Source of the DNA: Candidatus Altimarinota bacterium
GTDB lineage: Bacteria; Patescibacteriota; Gracilibacteria; UBA1369
Direction: 5' to 3'
Length of the DNA: 32,000 nucleotides
Assembly (NCBI GenBank): GCA_041659405.1
Contig: JBAZYK010000002.1
Coordinates: 30,001 to 62,000 of the forward strand
Shown here: positions 16,940 to 25,859 of the stretch, piece after piece
How the letters are laid out: the number at the start of each line of letters is the position of its first letter
How positions within the stretch are numbered: position 1 is the first letter of the stretch
Made by a program: the position numbers and the translations under genes
The notes under the pieces: model-generated
Database searches by the model: none
Told to the model about the DNA's origin: nothing
What the model saw: the letters and a program-made list of their open reading frames with translations, nothing else

Positions 16940-19900
16940 TTATTTACGAACAGCAACCTTGATTTCAACTCCATCAACATCCACAACTCTTTCTTTATCC
17001 CATTCAAAATCACCTTTATCCTGCAGTTCCATCGCCAAAGTTTCACGACAGATATAATCGGCAAAATTGGTTACGGCGGAATCTAGTGGCTTTGGAGCAT
17101 GAATATAAACATAAATGCGATCACTTACATTATATCCGGCTTCTTTACGCAAATCCTGAACAACGCGAATAATTTCACGAGCCTGGCCTTCTTGTTTGAG
17201 TTCTTCGCTAACAACCGTGTCCAGAACTACTGAAATTCCTTCATCACTGGCCACATCAAAGCCTTCTTTGCCATGAAAACCAATTTGGACTTCATCACCG
17301 GTCAAAATAAATTCACCAACTTTAATAGTTCCATCTGCATGAATTTCAAACTCCCCCGCCTTGGCTTTGCGAATAATTTCCTGGACATCTTTGCCATACT
17401 TTGGGCCCAAAACTTTTGCATTTGGCATAACAACTTGAGTGATTACCGCATGTACATCCTTCAAAATTTCCAAATTTTTCACATTGAGCTCTTCACAAAT
17501 AACATCCTTTTGTTGAAGTACCAGTTTTTCGGAAATGGTTTTTGGCAATGCTACCTGAACCAGGTTTAAAGGCTGTCTTACCTTCAAATTGGCCTTATCA
17601 CGAACGGCATGACCAAGTGCCACAATTTTACGGACAACGTGTGTTTCCTGATTTAGTTCCGGCTTGATATGTTTTTTATTGGCTTTTGGCCAATCCGCCA
17701 AATGAACAGATTCCTCACCCGTCGAAGACCCCGCTTCGGCGGTGGTTAAATTCTTGTAAATTTCATCCGCCAAAAAAGGCATAAAAGGAGCCAGCAATTT
17801 TGAAAGCTCTACCAATACCACATAAAGTGTCTGATAAGCCTCAAATTTATCCGCATCATTTTCCGATTTCCAGAAACGGCGGCGACTTCTGCGCACATAC
17901 CAGTTGGAAAGATTATCCACAAATTCTAGCATTGGGCGGGTAGCTTTGGTCAGATTATAAGTATCCATTTCTTCACTAACCGACAGGATTAACTCGTTAA
18001 GTTCCGACATGATCCATTGATCCAGTTTGTGCTTTGGCGCAAAATTTTTCTTTAACTTCTTTGAATCCCACTTATCAATATTGGCATAGGTTACAAAGAA
18101 ACTATAACTGTTCCAAAGTGTAAGCGTGAATTTTTTGACGATTTCTTCCACGTGCTTTTCGGAAAAACGAACATCTTCAGCGAGTGGAGCGGTGCTTGTA
18201 TAAAGGAACATTCTGGTTGAATCCACACCCAAAGTATTAAACAAAACATTTGGATCCGGATAGTTTTTTTTGCGCTTGGAAAGCTTTTCGCCATCGGCAG
18301 CAAGCAAAATACCGTTCACGATAACGTTTTTAAACGCCGGCTTATCAAACAAAATTCCAGCCAAAACATGTAAAGTGTAAAACCAGCCACGAGTTTGATC
18401 CACTCCTTCGGCAATAAAATTCGCCGGAAAATTATCTTCAAACTCTTTCTTATTTTCAAAAGGATAATGAAGCTGAGCATAAGGCATTGAACCGCTTTCA
18501 AACCAGCAATCCAAAACTTCCGAAATACGGTGCATTTTCTTTTCGCACTTGTCACAGGTAATCGTAATTTCATCAATATATGGCTTGTGCAAATCCAAAA
18601 TCATTTTTCCATTTTCATCTTTGCGCATTGGCAACTTGCCACCGGAACGCTTTTTTAATTCCTCAATCGAACCAAGACATTCGGTGTGTCCACTTTCACA
18701 CTGCCAAATTGGCATAGCGCAGCCCCAGAAACGGTTTCGGCTAATCGCCCAATCACGGGCACCTTCCAACCATTTACCAAAACGACCCTGCTGAATATGC
18801 TCAGGCTGCCAGTGAATTTTCTTATTATTTTTTAATAACGCACTCTTAATTTCGGACACCTTTATAAACCATGATCCCGTCATATAATTCAAAAGCGGGG
18901 TATCACAACGCCAACAATGAGGATAACTATGGCGGAAATTATAAGCTGAAAAGCAAAGTCCCCTTTTCTTTAAATCCTCAACCACATTCTGATCCTGGCC
19001 TTTAACAAATTTGCCTACCCAAGGAGTAACTTCTTTAGTGAAAGCCCCATCCATACCAACATGCTGTACTAAAACCAGCTTATTTTTTTCCGCTACACGG
19101 TAATCATCTTCACCAAACATCGGCGCAATATGCACAACACCGGTACCATCTTCGGTTGTAACATAATCGTCCAGGACGATTTCATAAGCTTTTTGACCCT
19201 TTTCTTTAATAGCCAATTCAACTTCATCCACAAAAAAATCAAATAACGGCACATATTTTTTGCCTTTCATTTTTTTAGGATCAACCGACTCAATCAGCCG
19301 ATATTCCATGTCCTTCAAAACAGCTTCAACCCTGGCCTTAGCCAAAATATAAAACTCTTCTTTATCTTCTGTTTTTACGGCAACTTTCACATATTCAACT
19401 TTTGGACCAAAACAAATTGCGATATTTCCAGGCAGTGTCCATGGAGTAGTCGTCCAACCAAGAACGTAAGTATTTTCCTCATCAACCAATTTGAATTTTG
19501 CAATCACCGAAAGATCAGTCACGTCTTTATATCCCTGACTCACCTCAAAATTACTCAAAGGAGTCTCGCAACGCGGACAAATATGCATGCTTTTATAGCC
19601 CTGATAAACCATTTTCTTATCATAGATCTGCTTGAATACCCACCAGATCGACTCCATATAAGAATTATCCAAAGTGGCATAACTATCACCAAAATCAACC
19701 CAACGAGCAATACGCTTTAACAAAGTTTCCCATTCCTTGGTATAACGGAAAACACTCTGACGACATTTTTCATTAAAAACAGCCACTCCCAGTTTTTCAA
19801 TATCCTTCTTTCCATTTAATTGGAGCTCCTTTTCAATTTCATATTCAACCGGAAGACCATGACAATCCCAACCGTTAGTTCGTGGCACATAAAAACCCTT

Positions 19901-20122
19901 CATCGTCCAATAACGGGTAACCGCATCTTTCAGCGAATTGGCCATAATATGACCATAATGAGGAAGTCCGTTCGCAAATGGAGGTCCATCAAAAAACACG
20001 AATTTCTTTTCGCCTTCACGAGCCTGCACGGATTTTTCAAAGATTTTTTGCTCCTCCCAAAATTCAAGAACAGCTTCTTCCATTTTTGGAAATGATTGCT
20101 TTGGATCAACAGATTTAAACAT
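16940..20122 (-). CDS. ileS: Isoleucine--tRNA ligase
   Basis: 1060 aa. HIGH region PPFANGLPHYGHI, KMSKS region KLSKRKKNYPDP, and CP1 editing domain with the CPRCETPL / CWRCDTPL pairs. Confidence 0.97.
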   Translation of the reverse strand: MFKSVDPKQSFPKMEEAVLEFWEEQKIFEKSVQAREGEKKFVFFDGPPFANGLPHYGHIMANSLKDAVTRYWTMKGFYVPRTNGWDCHGLPVEYEIEKELQLNGKKDIEKLGVAVFNEKCRQSVFRYTKEWETLLKRIARWVDFGDSYATLDNSYMESIWWVFKQIYDKKMVYQGYKSMHICPRCETPLSNFEVSQGYKDVTDLSVIAKFKLVDEENTYVLGWTTTPWTLPGNIAICFGPKVEYVKVAVKTEDKEEFYILAKARVEAVLKDMEYRLIESVDPKKMKGKKYVPLFDFFVDEVELAIKEKGQKAYEIVLDDYVTTEDGTGVVHIAPMFGEDDYRVAEKNKLVLVQHVGMDGAFTKEVTPWVGKFVKGQDQNVVEDLKKRGLCFSAYNFRHSYPHCWRCDTPLLNYMTGSWFIKVSEIKSALLKNNKKIHWQPEHIQQGRFGKWLEGARDWAISRNRFWGCAMPIWQCESGHTECLGSIEELKKRSGGKLPMRKDENGKMILDLHKPYIDEITITCDKCEKKMHRISEVLDCWFESGSMPYAQLHYPFENKKEFEDNFPANFIAEGVDQTRGWFYTLHVLAGILFDKPAFKNVIVNGILLAADGEKLSKRKKNYPDPNVLFNTLGVDSTRMFLYTSTAPLAEDVRFSEKHVEEIVKKFTLTLWNSYSFFVTYANIDKWDSKKLKKNFAPKHKLDQWIMSELNELILSVSEEMDTYNLTKATRPMLEFVDNLSNWYVRRSRRRFWKSENDADKFEAYQTLYVVLVELSKLLAPFMPFLADEIYKNLTTAEAGSSTGEESVHLADWPKANKKHIKPELNQETHVVRKIVALGHAVRDKANLKVRQPLNLVQVALPKTISEKLVLQQKDVICEELNVKNLEILKDVHAVITQVVMPNAKVLGPKYGKDVQEIIRKAKAGEFEIHADGTIKVGEFILTGDEVQIGFHGKEGFDVASDEGISVVLDTVVSEELKQEGQAREIIRVVQDLRKEAGYNVSDRIYVYIHAPKPLDSAVTNFADYICRETLAMELQDKGDFEWDKERVVDVDGVEIKVAVRK

Positions 20123-20228
20123 ATAAAAAAGAAAATTGAATCAGGGGAATTTTAATAGATTTCGAGCTAACATGCCAGAGAGATTGGAAAACGCTGGTTT
20201 TTAGCCATCAACTCATCAAAGAAAATCA

Positions 20229-21293
20229 TCATGCATTATCAGGCTTCTTTAAATTTTCCGGTCTCAATTTCCTAATCTGCTGACCAGTTTGCCAGATTTC
20301 CTCATTATGGATAACCGACAACTCCTCATCCAATTTTTCACGATAATCCGGCTTACTATTTTTATCCAAAACAATTTTAGCTTCAGTACCATCAGCCACA
20401 TTTCTATAAAGATCAGCAAAAACAGGAGAAACTGCACTCCTAAAACGGCCCTTCCAATCCAAAGCCCCTCTTTGTGCGGTTGTAGAACAAACAGATAAAA
20501 GCCCATCCAGCCCCTTTTCCCCCAACATTGTTGCCAACCATTGAGTCAGTTCTTCTACACTCTCGTTAAAAGCCTCACTTGGGGTATGCCCATTTTTTCG
20601 TAATTCATAATATTGAGCTTCAATAATCCCAGCAATTGCACCTAATAAAACACCGCGTTCACCGGTTAAATCGCCATAAACTTCACGTTCAAAAGTTGTA
20701 GGAAAAATAAAACTTGACCCAATACCAATTCCTAAAGCCAAACAACGATCTTTTGCCCTCCCTGTCGCATCCTGATAAACAGCAAAACTGCTATTTATAC
20801 CGCTACCTTTAATAAAATTTCTGCGAACGGAAAGCCCAGAACCCTTTGGCGCAATCAAAATCACATCCACATCTTTTGGAGGAATTACATCGGTCAAATC
20901 CTTATAAGTAATAGAGAAACCGTGTGAAAAATATAGCGCTTTGCCTTTAGTTAAATTAGGTTTTAGCTCGGGCCAATATACCTTTTGCCCGGCATCGGAA
21001 AGCAAATACATTATAATCGTAGCTTTTTCCGCCGCCTCTTCCAATTCGAACAAAGTCTTGCCTGGAATCCATCCATCCTGCACCGCCTTATCCCAACTCT
21101 TAGAATTTTTGCGCTGGCCGATTATGACTTTAATGCCATTGTCTTGTAAATTAAGGGCTTGCCCCGGCCCTTGCACGCCATAGCCCAAAACCGCCACCAC
21201 TTCATCTTTCAAAACTTCTTGAGCCTTTTTAAGCGGGAATTCATCACGAGTAACCACCTCTTCCATCACCCCGCCAAAATTAAGATTTGCCAT
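20229..21293 (-). CDS. ilvC: Ketol-acid reductoisomerase (class I-like)
   Basis: 354 aa. Rossmann motif VLGYGVQGPGQALNLQDNGIKVIIGQRKNSKSWDKA, then the knotted C-terminal domain. Confidence 0.9.
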   Translation of the reverse strand: MANLNFGGVMEEVVTRDEFPLKKAQEVLKDEVVAVLGYGVQGPGQALNLQDNGIKVIIGQRKNSKSWDKAVQDGWIPGKTLFELEEAAEKATIIMYLLSDAGQKVYWPELKPNLTKGKALYFSHGFSITYKDLTDVIPPKDVDVILIAPKGSGLSVRRNFIKGSGINSSFAVYQDATGRAKDRCLALGIGIGSSFIFPTTFEREVYGDLTGERGVLLGAIAGIIEAQYYELRKNGHTPSEAFNESVEELTQWLATMLGEKGLDGLLSVCSTTAQRGALDWKGRFRSAVSPVFADLYRNVADGTEAKIVLDKNSKPDYREKLDEELSVIHNEEIWQTGQQIRKLRPENLKKPDNA

Positions 21294-21296
21294 AAA

Positions 21297-22277
21297 TTAA
21301 ACATTAAATGGCGTTAACCAATGTGCGAACTCTTTTACCTGCCCCTCTCTAACTTTATCAAAAAGTGCTGCTAATTTTTTAGTCACAGGCCCAATACCCA
21401 ATTTATATCTACCCAATTGAGTGACCGGTCCAATGAAACTGGCTGTGCCCGTTACGAAAATTTCTTCACTTTCCAAACCATCACTTAAGGTAACTTCCCC
21501 TTCTCTCACTGGAATCTTCAAGAATTTAGCCATCTTAAGAACGCTGTCTCTGGTAATTCCATTCAGAATAAAATCCCCGGAACCAGGCGTTAACAGCTGT
21601 CCGTTCTTAACAAAAAACAAATTACTGGTGGTTCCTTCCGTAAAAATTAATTTTCCACCTTTACCCAAGCCCAACTGAAAAACATCATCATATTTGCCGT
21701 TGGCACTTTCACGAATCATGCCATATTCCGGATACTTTCCCATACCTTTAACCGGATAATGACTATAACGTCCCGCACGCACAAAATCAGCAACAGTCGC
21801 AGAAATCCCACCGGCAGGCAAATAATTCCCAAATGGAAAACATTCAATCACCACATGCGTATCATGACCATAGAAAGGCTTAACCACAGGATCAGAGTGA
21901 TACATTTTTGGCCGAATATAAATACTTTGAAGTTCACGCTTCCCTTTCAAATACTGAAAGTTTTTCTCCACACATTCAACCAACCCTTTCAAAACTTGTT
22001 TCTCGGAAAGATCACACTTCAAATTCATTTGTTTCCAACCATCAAGCATGCGTTTAACATGATCCTTAAAACGAAAACCAAACACGCCCTTCCTTGTAAC
22101 ATTGGCACGAATTCCATCAATCAAAACCACAGAATAATCCATAGCCTGACTAAAAGTCGGCACAGTTGGCACTCCATGTTCATCATGATGACAAAGTTTT
22201 CCGTCTAACCAATAGTATGGAAGAAGCTCCCCTTGTTGAGCTTTTAAAGAGGTCATAATAATATTATAAGCATTCAA
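21297..22277 (-). CDS. ilvE: Branched-chain amino-acid aminotransferase (fold-type IV PLP enzyme)
   Basis: 326 aa. YYWLDGKL near the N-terminus, IRPKMYH, and the C-terminal motif EIFVTGTA. The track start is TTG at 22277; the first ATG is at 22256. Confidence 0.8.
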   Translation of the reverse strand: MNAYNIIMTSLKAQQGELLPYYWLDGKLCHHDEHGVPTVPTFSQAMDYSVVLIDGIRANVTRKGVFGFRFKDHVKRMLDGWKQMNLKCDLSEKQVLKGLVECVEKNFQYLKGKRELQSIYIRPKMYHSDPVVKPFYGHDTHVVIECFPFGNYLPAGGISATVADFVRAGRYSHYPVKGMGKYPEYGMIRESANGKYDDVFQLGLGKGGKLIFTEGTTSNLFFVKNGQLLTPGSGDFILNGITRDSVLKMAKFLKIPVREGEVTLSDGLESEEIFVTGTASFIGPVTQLGRYKLGIGPVTKKLAALFDKVREGQVKEFAHWLTPFNV

Positions 22278-22278
22278 A

Positions 22279-22881
22279 TTATTTCTTCAAAACCATCTTC
22301 AAAAACTCCGGATCCGAAGCAATTTTGCTTTCTTCCGGATAGACCTGTCCCTGATATTTGGAACTTCCTTTTTTATGATACGGAACTTCAGCAGGAGAAG
22401 ACATTTCCTCAAACGCAAGCTGACAAACACGCATGCCCGGGTACAAAGCCACTGGCATTCTATTAATGTTGGTGATCTCCAAAGTGATAGTTCCCTCAAA
22501 TCCCGCATCCACAAAACCGGCAGTGGAATGAATAATAATTCCAAGACGTCCCAGCGAACTGCGCCCCTCCACACGCGCCACCATATCATCGGGAATCTTA
22601 ATTCTTTCCAATGTAACACCCAAAACAAACTCGCCCGGTTGAACAATAAAAGGAACACGTTCATCATCAACTTCAATCAATTTAGCAATATCTTTAAACG
22701 TATCAGGCTGTAAAGGATCAAGCACTGCAAATCTGGTGTGATCATAAATTTTGAAATATTTACCAAGACGCAAATCCAAAGAAGATGCATGCACATTAGC
22801 CAAATGATCATTGTTGGGGGAAGTTACAACTATATCCCCTTTCAACATTCTAGCCTTAATATCACGATCAGAGAGAATCAT
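22279..22881 (-). CDS. dcd: dCTP deaminase
   Basis: 200 aa. Motifs MILSDRDI, DLRLG, VQPGEFVLGVTLERIKIPDDMVARVEGRSSLGRLGIIIH, and GFEGTITLEITN...YQGQ. Confidence 0.9.
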   Translation of the reverse strand: MILSDRDIKARMLKGDIVVTSPNNDHLANVHASSLDLRLGKYFKIYDHTRFAVLDPLQPDTFKDIAKLIEVDDERVPFIVQPGEFVLGVTLERIKIPDDMVARVEGRSSLGRLGIIIHSTAGFVDAGFEGTITLEITNINRMPVALYPGMRVCQLAFEEMSSPAEVPYHKKGSSKYQGQVYPEESKIASDPEFLKMVLKK

Positions 22882-22884
22882 AAA

Positions 22885-24267
22885 CTAATTCTTAAGAAAC
22901 ATCGGCTCGTACGCCTCAACCAATTCCAAAGCCAGCCCAATATACCTTTCAGGTGTCAATGTTTTCAACCTCTTTTTTTCTACAGCTGGGATTTTTAGAC
23001 CATCAATAAACTTGGAAATAGTTTTTTGATCTATTTTCTTACCACGAGTTAAAGCTTTTAACTGTTCATAAGGTTTTTCAAGACGATATTTTCTCATTAC
23101 AGTTTGAATCGGTTCCGCCAAAAGTTCCCAAGCGCTGGTAAGGTCACGACTAATCGCCTCCTTGTTCAATTCCAACTTGCCTAAACCTTGAATACAATTT
23201 TTGTACGCCAACACAGAATAACCAACCGCAGAGCCAATGTTGCGCAGTACCGTAGAATCGGTCAAATCACGTTGAAAGCGAGACATCGGCAGCTTTGCCG
23301 AAAAATGTTCAAGCATAGCATTTGCCATTCCAAGATTACCTTCACTGTTCTCAAAATCAATCGGATTAACTTTATGAGGCATAGTGGAAGACCCAACCTC
23401 ACCCGCTTTAAGCTGTTGTTTAAAATAACCAAGGCTTATATACCCCCAAATATCTCTATCAAAATCCATCAAAACCACATTGATACGTTTAAGTGCATCA
23501 AAGATCTCCGCCATATAATCGTGCGGTTCAATTTGAGTGGTGTATAGGTTAAAATCCAATCCCAAAGCTTGTACAAATTTCTTACTCGCACCAACCCAAT
23601 TAACACCAGGATAAGCCACAACATGAGCATTGAAATTGCCAACTGCTCCATTGATTTTCCCATACATAGGAATAGCTTCCAGCGCGTTCATCTGGTTTTC
23701 CAACCTTGCCAAAACGTTAATAAATTCTTTTCCAAGAGTTGTTGGCGAAGCTGGTTGCCCATGTGTCCTTGCCATCATTGGAATTGCCTTATATTTTTTA
23801 GCATTTTCATAGATAAGTTCAGATACACCACTTAAAATCGGCATGATCAATTTTTCCAAAGAGTCCTTTAACGTTAACGCATAAGCCAAATTGTTGATAT
23901 CTTCAGATGTACACGCAAAATGAATAAACTCGAAATAAGGCTCAAACACAGAGCCTTTTAGATTCTCTTTAATAAAATATTCAATAGCCTTCACGTCATG
24001 ATTGGTAGTCTTTTCGATTTCTTTAACACGATTGCCATTCACAACATCAAAATCCTGATAAATAGTGCGGAGTTGCTTTACCTCAGCGGCTTTCCAAACT
24101 TTAGTTCCTTCAAGTTTGAGATCATTGCAGATAAAAATAAACCATTCAATCTCAACCAAAACACGAAACCCCATCAACGCAAACTCACTAAAATATCCTC
24201 TTAAATCATTTAGTTTTTCGGCATAACGGCCATCAAGAGGAGAAATATTAATGAGAGGATCGCGCAT
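22885..24267 (-). CDS. purB: Adenylosuccinate lyase
   Basis: 460 aa. N-terminus ISPLDGRY, and the fumarate-lyase signature region GSSTMPHKVNPIDFEN. Confidence 0.95.
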   Translation of the reverse strand: MRDPLINISPLDGRYAEKLNDLRGYFSEFALMGFRVLVEIEWFIFICNDLKLEGTKVWKAAEVKQLRTIYQDFDVVNGNRVKEIEKTTNHDVKAIEYFIKENLKGSVFEPYFEFIHFACTSEDINNLAYALTLKDSLEKLIMPILSGVSELIYENAKKYKAIPMMARTHGQPASPTTLGKEFINVLARLENQMNALEAIPMYGKINGAVGNFNAHVVAYPGVNWVGASKKFVQALGLDFNLYTTQIEPHDYMAEIFDALKRINVVLMDFDRDIWGYISLGYFKQQLKAGEVGSSTMPHKVNPIDFENSEGNLGMANAMLEHFSAKLPMSRFQRDLTDSTVLRNIGSAVGYSVLAYKNCIQGLGKLELNKEAISRDLTSAWELLAEPIQTVMRKYRLEKPYEQLKALTRGKKIDQKTISKFIDGLKIPAVEKKRLKTLTPERYIGLALELVEAYEPMFLKN

Positions 24268-24269
24268 AT

Positions 24270-24302
24270 TAATTAGTAATTAATAATTAGGAATGAGTAA
24301 TT
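24270..24302 (-). repeat. AT-rich palindromic motif abutting the purB start (19-mer core plus a degenerate second copy)
   Basis: The plus strand TAATTAGTAATTAATAATT (24270-24288) equals minus AATTATTAATTACTAATTA, ending 2 nt before the purB ATG. A degenerate copy GAATGAGTAATT lies at 24291-24302. Confidence 0.6.
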
Positions 24303-24313
24303 TTGAATCTGTT

Positions 24314-24769
24314 TTAAACCTTAAATCCAGCCTTCACTTTTTTAACATGCTCTTCATATTTTGTACGAAGATCAGCGTCACTCAAAGCAAAAATCCTTAC
24401 AATCGCCAATGCCGCATTTACCGGATCCAGAACAGTCAAAACAGGAACTTCAGACGGCATTTGCAAAGTGGAATTAATATTTACCGCCATATCATCTTTA
24501 TCCGCAAAAGGAGGACAAGCAATCACAGGATGAATACTTGAACCGGCAGTCACACCGGAAAGTCCATTAGAACGCCCGGCAATCGTTACATAGCAAACCG
24601 GCTCTTTAGATTCATTATATTTATTGATTACCTCAATCAAAAGTTCCGGAACCTTATGAGCCGAAACAACATGTACCTTGGAAGGAATATTCCACTTATC
24701 AAGTTCTTTAGTGATTTTAGAAGCCCAGTCTTTGTCTTTTTCTGAACCGAGGAGAACGGGAACTATCAT
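24314..24769 (-). CDS. purE: Class II PurE (AIR carboxylase-type phosphoribosylaminoimidazole carboxylase)
   Basis: 151 aa. IAGRSNGLSGVTAGSSIHPVIACPP closely parallels the class II signature AGRSNGLGPV...YPVISCPP of animal PAICS, rather than the class I AGGAAHLPGM. No purK is adjacent. Confidence 0.85.
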   Translation of the reverse strand: MIVPVLLGSEKDKDWASKITKELDKWNIPSKVHVVSAHKVPELLIEVINKYNESKEPVCYVTIAGRSNGLSGVTAGSSIHPVIACPPFADKDDMAVNINSTLQMPSEVPVLTVLDPVNAALAIVRIFALSDADLRTKYEEHVKKVKAGFKV

Positions 24770-24770
24770 G

Positions 24771-24789
24771 TAATTAGTAATTAATAATT
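24771..24789 (-). repeat. AT-rich palindromic motif filling the purC-purE intergenic gap
   Basis: The plus strand TAATTAGTAATTAATAATT (24771-24789) is identical to the 19-mer upstream of purB. It ends 1 nt before the purE ATG, and its last base falls in the purC stop codon. Confidence 0.6.
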
Positions 24790-25766
24790 TATAGGTATTT
24801 TGCTAAATTCGTCTTAATACGCTCGGCAACCGGACCAACCTGAGCATTAAATTTCTGACCGGTAATCAGTTCAAAGGCTTCAATATATCTTCGCGCTGTT
24901 TCTGCCCTTATTTCATCCGGAATAACAGGAACTTCACCATCACCACGAAAACCTCGCTCTGCAAGCCATTCACGCAGATACTCTTTATCAATTTTCTTTT
25001 GCTCTTCACCTGCCGCAAAACGTTTTTCATATTCATTCGCGAACCAGAAACGGGAAGAATCAGGCGTATGAATCTCATCAATCAAAACAATTTCACCTGC
25101 TGGCGTCATCCCAAATTCATACTTTGTATCAACCAGAATAATCCCCTGCTTTGCCGCAATTTCAACACCACGTTGATATAGTTTCAACGATGCCTCAGCT
25201 ATTTTGTCGTATTGTTCAGGAGTCAAATTGGTGCGCTTCAAAATTTCATCGCGTGAAACAGACTCATCATGATCACCATGTTCTGCTTTAGTGGAAGGCG
25301 TTAAAATCGGTTTTTCAAACTTCTGATTTTTCTTGAGACCTTCCGGCAAAACATTTCCACAAAAATTACGAACACCTTTTTCATAGTTATACCAGGCACT
25401 TGTAGAAGTTACGCCGGTAATATAGCCACGAACCACCATTTCCAGCGGTAAAGGCTTACATTGCTTTGCAATAACCACATTAGGATCAGGAAATTCGATC
25501 ACATGATTACCCAAAATATCCTTGGTCTGTTCAAACCAAAACTTGGCCATCTGATTCAAAACCTGACCTTTAAAAGGAATCAGGCAAATCACCCGATCAA
25601 AAGCGGAAAGTCGATCAGTCACAATAATCACGCGTTTATCCCCTTTTGTGTAATTGTCGCGCACCTTGCCCTCATATTTCTCGCCCATGGTTGGAAAATC
25701 CGTACTCCCTAAACAATGCGGAATCTGCTCAATTAAAGGATTCCCACTTTGAATTTTATCGTCCAT
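24789..25766 (-). CDS. purC: SAICAR synthase (long-form PurC)
   Basis: 325 aa. Motifs EGKVRDNY, VTDRLSAFD, and ILVDTKYEFG...LIDEIHTPDSSRFW. Confidence 0.9.
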   Translation of the reverse strand: MDDKIQSGNPLIEQIPHCLGSTDFPTMGEKYEGKVRDNYTKGDKRVIIVTDRLSAFDRVICLIPFKGQVLNQMAKFWFEQTKDILGNHVIEFPDPNVVIAKQCKPLPLEMVVRGYITGVTSTSAWYNYEKGVRNFCGNVLPEGLKKNQKFEKPILTPSTKAEHGDHDESVSRDEILKRTNLTPEQYDKIAEASLKLYQRGVEIAAKQGIILVDTKYEFGMTPAGEIVLIDEIHTPDSSRFWFANEYEKRFAAGEEQKKIDKEYLREWLAERGFRGDGEVPVIPDEIRAETARRYIEAFELITGQKFNAQVGPVAERIKTNLAKYL

Positions 25767-25768
25767 TT

Positions 25769-25801
25769 TAATTAGTAATTAGAAATTAATAATTAGTAAT
25801 T
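25769..25801 (-). repeat. Two exact copies of the 12-mer upstream of purC
   Basis: TAATTAGTAATT occurs at 25769-25780 (ending 2 nt before the purC ATG) and again at 25790-25801. The minus strand reads AATTACTAATTA-TTAATTTCT-AATTACTAATTA-AA-ATG. Confidence 0.6.
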
Positions 25802-25818
25802 GTTCTTTTTGATAGAAA

Positions 25819-25859
25819 GAGGGCGCACTTGATCGCACCTTATATACCCGTGCGCCCTC
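25819..25859 (-). terminator. GC-rich 10-bp hairpin, probable intrinsic terminator of the his operon
   Basis: GAGGGCGCAC (25819-25828) and GTGCGCCCTC (25850-25859) are exact reverse complements, with a 21-nt loop. On the minus strand the hairpin is followed by UUUCUAUCAAAAAG. It lies 78 nt downstream of the hisIE stop and is the only strongly GC-rich structure in an AT-rich spacer. Confidence 0.5.

Noticed and set aside
17913-17921. Perfect DnaA box TTATCCACA
   Set aside because: It is a single copy inside the ileS coding sequence. Other near-matches are scattered in coding DNA, and there is no intergenic cluster or AT-rich unwinding element, so it is not an origin.
20123-20228. Possible T-box leader upstream of ileS
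   Set aside because: Only 106 nt are available. I found no T-box consensus (AAUNNGGGUGGNACCRCG-like), no specifier/antiterminator architecture, and only 3-4 bp pairings.
21759-22208. 149-aa plus-strand ORF antisense to ilvE
   Set aside because: It is a shadow ORF inside a conserved gene, with a low-complexity translation.
22299-22676. 125-aa same-strand alternative-frame ORF inside dcd
   Set aside because: The dcd frame carries all the conserved dCTP deaminase motifs. The alternative frame has Trp/Arg/Leu-rich composition typical of an off-frame read and gives no independent evidence.
23188-23547. 119-aa plus-strand ORF antisense to purB
   Set aside because: It is a shadow ORF within the conserved adenylosuccinate lyase gene.
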